Shown: positions 49,484-55,332 of the stretch, piece after piece
How positions within the stretch are numbered: position 1 is the first letter of the stretch
Layout: each line of letters opens with the position of its first letter
Source of the DNA: Chromera velia
Lineage: Eukaryota
Length of the DNA: 55,332 nucleotides
Direction of reading: 5' to 3'
Assembly: GCA_018398765.1 (NCBI GenBank)
Contig: JAHBMJ010000150.1
Location: 1 to 55,332 of the forward strand
Notes under the pieces: generated by a model
Told to the model about the DNA's origin: nothing
Databases searched by the model: none
What the model saw: only the letters and a program-made list of their open reading frames with translations
Translations under genes and position numbers: made by a program

Positions 49484-51254
49484 ATGTTCGAGGAAGATCC
49501 AAGAGACCCCCTCTGGGGCAAACCCAACGTGGTGGAGAAGCTTCCTTTTCTTCCCGCCATAAGCAAGCCCAATCTGGTCACAACTCGAGATGAGGCAGGC
49601 GCCTTCGTTCCTCTCCTCTATCACAACCAGGGGTCATACTACTCTCAGGTCAGGCCAGCGCAGATCTGGGGGCGTCAACGGTTGAATGCTGGCGAGCAGT
49701 TGCATGACTGAGCAGATGCATGCGTGCATGCGCACAAGAGCAAGTTGATGAGTGATTCCAAAGAGTCGATTGAGACACTGACTCCATCGTCGGACTAAAC
49801 ATTTATATCAGATTAATTGAATGATGCTCTGACTGTGTTAGACGAGAGTTCTTGCTTACCTGTTTGAGTGACATGCAGTGATTTACTGTCCCAGAGTCTG
49901 TGCATGATTGACACCACTTCACGCCAAACATGCATGCATTGTCACCCCATCCTCTTGAATGCTTGTTCAAACGGTGCTGCGTTGAATCAGTCACAGAGAT
50001 ACATCCTCTTTGCACCCGAGTGCACGCTTACTCACTCACCCACTTACTTACTCGCCGAGTGCACTTGTGGCTGTCACTTTCTTGTCCAGTAATCAATTCA
50101 CCCACGCACCTGCGCACCCACTAGGTAGCATATCGACTCCCCGATTCACACTGCGTCTCTTTAATTCCCCTTCCCTCTTCCGTTTCTGAGTCTAATTTTG
50201 TGTCTCCGAGTCGTCCTCCGTCGTCCTCTGTGTTTGTTCAACAGCGAAGTGATATAAGTGTTCATTCTCCCGACCATGCACATGCATGCAGGTCGCCCGC
50301 CTGGCCTTGATCGAGTCAGGACTGCAGTTTCGGTACAGGGACATCGACCTGCACAAGGCAGACGCAGAGCAGAATCAAGAGTGGTACCTTCGGATGCACC
50401 CGGGGGGCGTCGTCCCTCTCCTCCTTGCCCCCCCCCAGATCCGATCGAAAAAATACCTCCCCCTCCCCGGATCTGAGCCCACCCTCAGATTCATCATGTC
50501 CGATCCTTGGGTGATTGTGCGTCCTGCAGGATACAAACCTTCAAGCCCACACGAGATCTTCTGTATGTCGTCTCTTGCAATACCCGAGATCCTGGAAGAC
50601 GACGGGGAATCTTTTTTGAAGTCTTTCTTCTCCCTCGACATAGAGGAGTTGAGCATCCCCTGGATGGCCATGCAGATCCCCCGATTTCTTCGATTCGTCA
50701 CTCCCCACTATGAAATGTGCTGCGAGTCCGAGAAACACCTCACAGGGACCGCTGTAAAGACAGACAGCCAAATCGTGAGAGAGGCCTGTACGAAAAAGAC
50801 ACAAGGCAACAAGGCACGATTGGCCCGTTATCTGGATCCTGAAGAAGCTATCAAACACGGGACAGCCGAGGCACTCACCTTTCTGTCCAAGCTCGATACA
50901 CAGCTCGAGCGTTCGGGAGGCCCCTTCATTGCCGGACCCATGTATTCTGCCTGTGACGTGGTGGCGACTGTGTTCCTCGCACGCGCCGACTTCTTCCCTT
51001 TGCTCAGGGATGCCATTCGTTCCTCGCCCCGGGTCGCTGAGTACGACCATCTCATGCAGGAACGGCCCTCATACAAAGCCGCAGGGGTCCTCCGTTCCCC
51101 CCCCGTGAGCCCCAAAGCCATCATGGCTGCGATGGTTCTCAAATGCCTTGCAGGAAAAGCTTTCAAGAGTGCACGCAGCCCCCTCGGAATGAGCATCCTT
51201 GTGGCCTTTGTGGGTGCCGCGGTGGCCTTTGCGTGGAAGAAGTTTCGGAACTGA
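49484..51254 (+). CDS. Glutathione S-transferase-like protein with C-terminal tail anchor (GDAP1-like)
   Basis: Exon 1 49484-49648 (LYHNQGSYYSQ) splices in phase 0 to exon 2 50292-51254 (VARLALIE...EQNQEWYLRMHPGGVVPLL; GPFIAGPMYSACD; MQERPSY). C-terminal TM plus basic tail SILVAFVGAAVAFAWKKFRN. Confidence 0.9.
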
Positions 51255-51690
51255 ATCTCGCGCTCTTGGAGTGTCAGTCGGTAGCAGAGCCTGACACGAT
51301 ATACTTGGCAGCCTACTGCCGAGGCTGGCCGATCCAATAAAATATGTGCCGCCAGCAGCATATGTTGCTTTCTGTTTCAACGTACAAACCCACAGGGCCA
51401 CACGGCCGAAGAAGGAAGACCACTACCTGCTTCTTGCTTCTCGCAGATCGAATTGTATGCTCAAACCCCCCGTGCACGCATGATCGATTAAGTGCCGGTT
51501 TATGTTGATTTGATTTCGAGTAATTTCGAGATAACAACCAAATGCAGGGATTAATGCCAGCGCTAACTATCCAAGCTGTCGAGGCCGACACGTCATATAG
51601 CACCATACTAGCCTATACTAGCCTATGTAGTTGAATAATGCAACTTTGAAAGTCAGATCTAGTCAGATCTGAACCAAGTAATAGCAAGTA

Positions 51691-51895
51691 TAGGGCTGAA
51701 AAATAATTTTCTTATCCCACCTGGTTGGATAAGCTTCGCTGACCGCCCCCCCCCCTGGGTCCCACAGGCGCCGCCGCATGGGTCATTCTTATCTAACTAT
51801 AGGCGCCGCCGCATTTAACCGTGAATCAATCTGCTGTGGACCCCCCCCCCCCTTATCCAACCACGTGAGATAAGCGAAATATTTTTCAACCCCTA
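51691..51895. mobile_element. MITE (205 bp) with about 44-bp imperfect TIRs
   Basis: Left TAGGGCTGAAAAATAATTTTCTTATCCCACCTGGTTGGATAAG; right reverse complement TAGGGGTTGAAAAATATTTCGCTTATCTCACGTGGTTGGATAAG. Confidence 0.8.
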
Positions 51896-51907
51896 TGCTG
51901 CTGGTCT

Positions 51908-52401
51908 CAGAGATAGGAAATAGGTTATTAATTAACCGAATCGAACCGACTTGGCTGTCAAAAAGTGTTTTGGTTCAGTTAACCGATCGGTTATATATCC
52001 TTTTTATGTCTAGAGGTCGTTTCCTCACTAAATTTAAAACTTTTCACTGTGAAAACATGATTTTTACAGGTATGACACACAGAAAACGAAAGATCGACGA
52101 CCAAAGTATAATGAAAAGCCATTTTTAATTCATATAACCACTTGTTTGATTGTGTTTATAGTCTACATACTAAGAAAAATATGATTTTTTATATCTTTTC
52201 AGTTCTCATAACTAAGTTTTGCAATCGTTTTGTTATGTTTTCGGTAATTTTTTGCTTGTTTCAAGTTGTTTCTACCTATAATGTTATTTTTCTTAGCTCT
52301 TACCAGTTAACTCGGTTAACCGCCGGTTATGACCGGTTATCATAACTGGAGGGCTAATAACCTATAACTTAACCTCATAACCTACCTTTTTCCCTACCCT
52401 G
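51908..52401. mobile_element. Probable degraded MITE (hAT-like CAG ends)
   Basis: Left CAGAGATAGGAAATAGGTTAT; right reverse complement CAGGGTAGGGAAAAAGGTAGGTTAT. Subterminal TAACCG/CGGTTA motifs at both ends. No clear TSD. Confidence 0.5.
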
Positions 52402-53334
52402 GCTCAGCCTGGTCTTAGCTGGTTATAGCTGATCCATGCTACCTATGTATGCATAACATGGGTTAGGCTTAGTTAGGCTACCTTAAGCAAGGTTAAGCAG
52501 AGTTAAATACAGTAACTATTCGTTTGCTAACTCGCCAGCTCTTAAACCACTCACCAGTACTCATCAGCTCTCAAATTTTTTCTTCAAATAGCTTGAAAAC
52601 TGCAAAGAATATTTAAAATTTATTGAGACTGTTATTATTAAAGTGCTATATTAGCTATAAGGTGCTGCTAAAGTACATTTTTTCAAGCCTTTTCTTCGTG
52701 TTTAAACCCTCAATCATCATCATCATCAAATTTATAATTTAAATAAAACTGGATTATAGAAGTGCCCGCTGCTAAACCTGCCGCCGCATCATAGTGAGAT
52801 ATGCGGGGCGGGCATGCCACGCATAGATTCATTAAATTGTGATCCATATGTGATCCATAGTTTGTTTTTTTTTGAAACTATATTTTATGGTCGTTTTTGT
52901 TAGATGTAAATGTTAGGCCTGCCTAGGGGCCTCAGCCCAGTCACTATCGTCTTTAGGGGCCTGCATTGCTGCAATCGATCCTGCTGAACTGAAACACCCC
53001 TCCACTGCCTGTTTGCGAGGTCGCCGCTCCCTCCGCATATAGTAGACGGATGCTCGTAGAATCGCTCTTTGCATGCGAGCTTTAACTGCACCCGCCACTC
53101 TTATTACTGACATCCCCGTTCTCTGGCAGATAGTTAGAACTGTGGTTGGATAGTTACGAAATTCAATCAAACAGACTGATTGGTGAGAAGGAAGACATTC
53201 TCCTTCTTATTAGTTCTCTCCATGTGAAATGAAATTAATTCCCCCAAGTGCTTATTTTCTCTGCTAGAGGTCTGACACCTTTCAGTTTAATGTGTCAAAA
53301 TCTGATTTGCCGATTCGGGATCTGACTTTTCAAA

Positions 53335-55267
53335 ATAGTGAAGACTCGTGCTGAGAAGAGAAAGCAGAAGCAAGCAGAGGAGGCAGCTGCAGCCACAGCA
53401 GCAACAGCCAATGCGTAGATCAATTCAGGAGAGATGATTGTTCTTTTCAAAAGCGATCTGCAGTCTCTGATCAACTCTGCAGTACAGAAAGGAATTTTTG
53501 AAGGGATGGTGGCTGTTGCTTCCCTTCAAGTTTCCATTGTCCCATCTCCTCCTATTGCTTCGTCCATTGCAGTCGGGGAAGAAGAGGAAAATTTTAAAGC
53601 GTTTTTTGTGCCCGTGTCCTCCTCTTACAGGTACGTGAAGGTAGACTTTGCGGTAATTTTGCAAATTACGGGGAAAGGAAATTTCCTGGACAGGTCCCTG
53701 CGCCGGCAGAATTTCTCTGCCGACTAGAAAGAATCCCGACCAGTTACATATCCCGAGAGTACTTCCCCGACAACGTCTCCTGGAAGAATAAGATCAAGGT
53801 CTATCTGGACAAGCTTGAGGACTCTGCCGTCCATGGGGATATCCAGAGGCTGCTGGGCAGAGGTGTCCTTCCTAAGAATATTTGCTGAGCCCTGAGGAAG
53901 GAGTACGCTAGACGATGTTAGAGGAGTACGGGCATCTCACCTTCCAGGTTGAGTCTCAGAGATGCTTCTACCCAGGTTAGTCATTGTGGACTCTAATTTC
54001 GATTCTTGTGTACGCATGCTCTCACAGGTCCTAGAGTCTGGCCGCATTCAGAAAGAGGGCGCCGAAGCCATTTGGACGTCCTTACAGTCTGACGCAGTCT
54101 GATATGAGGATGGCCTTACAGTTTCTTGCCTCTTCCAAGTCTCTCCACCCACCCTACACTTAATACGTGCTGAGTGAATCTCCAAAAAAGAATGGTGCGA
54201 AGAACGCTGTGCATTAATGAAATCATTCCCGGTTGACTCGGCCTGCAGAAAGAGAAGGATACGCTCTTGAAGGTCCTAAAGTTGGACGACATTCGACTGA
54301 ATCTCGTCGGATTGGGTCAGTGGCATGCCTTTCTGCAGCTCTGTTGCTTCTTCCATTAAAATCTGCAAGCAGCTTGTGCTTCTCCTCTCGTTTAACCTTC
54401 CTTTCACACTTTTGCTCCTTTTTTTCTACGCAAAACTCCCTCCTTCTTCTCGCCCCCCAGGCTTTCTTCCGGCTCTTAGACTAGCTGCCGTGCGTCAAAG
54501 AAAGGCGCTTACCTCTTTTTTGGTTTTGCTGCTATCATTCATGTTCTATTTTTATATTGGCAGCACTTGAATGAAGAGTATATGCTGCGACTGTTGTTTC
54601 CTTATCTTATGCTTTTTTGTGTTTACTTTGATTTACAGAGGGAGGGCAGCTGTCTATGGAAGATCAGGCTGTGATCGTGGAAATGGAGGGGGCCCTCAGT
54701 GCTGAGAGGGCTGCATAGAAATCCGCACTGCAGAGGATCGCGCTGCTCATCGAGCCACAGATGGTCAGTGAGTATGTGATTGACTGTGATAGTTTAGGTC
54801 TATCTATCTGTCTATCTATCTGTCTATCTATCTACTAGATCTATCTATCTATCTGTTCCTGCCTTTGTCTCTCTCTATGTCCACATCTCCGTCTTTTTTC
54901 TGCCCTTGTATCTGAAAAGAAAGATGGTGCACTCAGATTGTAAATCCAATTCGCACTCAGAATCCCAGGAAGCAATACAGGAAGAGGGGAAAGAAAGCAC
55001 TTAGTCTATCTAAACTGTCGGTCCGCTTGTTTGTCTGCTTCACTAAATATCTTTTGGGTCCACTTGCCCTCAAACCATACAATTTTAAATTATATGTCCA
55101 TATAATTGCCCTTCGATCTGCTTGCGCACAGAGGGAGATTCGAAATGTGAAGCTTAAGGCATCCGACTTAACAGAGGAGTACCCGTTCTACATGGACTTT
55201 CAGTGCTATATGTACAGGTTTAGCCGCCCCCTCCCCTACCTGAAGGCGGCCATAGAATATATCGAGG
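53335..55267 (+). pseudogene. Decayed multi-exon gene of unknown family
   Basis: Frame starting ATA-GTG-AAG-ACT-CGT (I/M-V-K-T-R-A-E-K-R-K) runs to 53727 apart from an in-frame TAG at 53416-53418. Further exon-like, stop-interrupted blocks with CAG/GT boundaries run to about 55267. Confidence 0.4.
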
Positions 55268-55332
55268 GCAGGGTTACTTTTCTGGTCGGTAACAAGTGTA
55301 GTCTACCGGTAATTGCCGGTAGCCGGTAATGG

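Noticed and set aside
52763..52815. GC-rich hairpin as a Helitron 3' end
   Set aside because: No CTRR terminus at the expected distance and no matching 5' TC end identified.

Overview
Eukaryotic nuclear DNA with many GT-AG introns full of (CA)n, (GA)n and (GACA)n microsatellites. This style, plus a bipartite plastid-targeting leader, suggests a chromerid alveolate such as Chromera velia (inference, not verified). GC-richer gene islands alternate with AT/TpA-rich spacers containing transposon relics. Supported genes: a helical-repeat (HPR/RAP-like) protein, a degenerate double AAA+ ATPase, an intronless tandem PD-(D/E)XK nuclease-like protein with a mitochondrial-type presequence, the selenocysteine elongation factor eEFSec/SelB (with one GC-AG intron), an M14 zinc carboxypeptidase, a prominin/tweety-like membrane protein, an intronless membrane protein, an HCF173/CIA30-like plastid Rossmann protein, and a tail-anchored GDAP1-like GST. 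Mobile DNA: a 5'-truncated LINE, a non-autonomous LTR element with 4-bp TSD, PBS and PPT, and several MITEs. The most striking signal is that repeats and pseudogenes differ almost only by C->T/G->A transitions at CpA and CpG, which suggests a RIP-like or methylation-driven repeat-mutating defence system. Most ORFs in the supplied track are spurious. Exon boundaries and substitution counts were read by eye.
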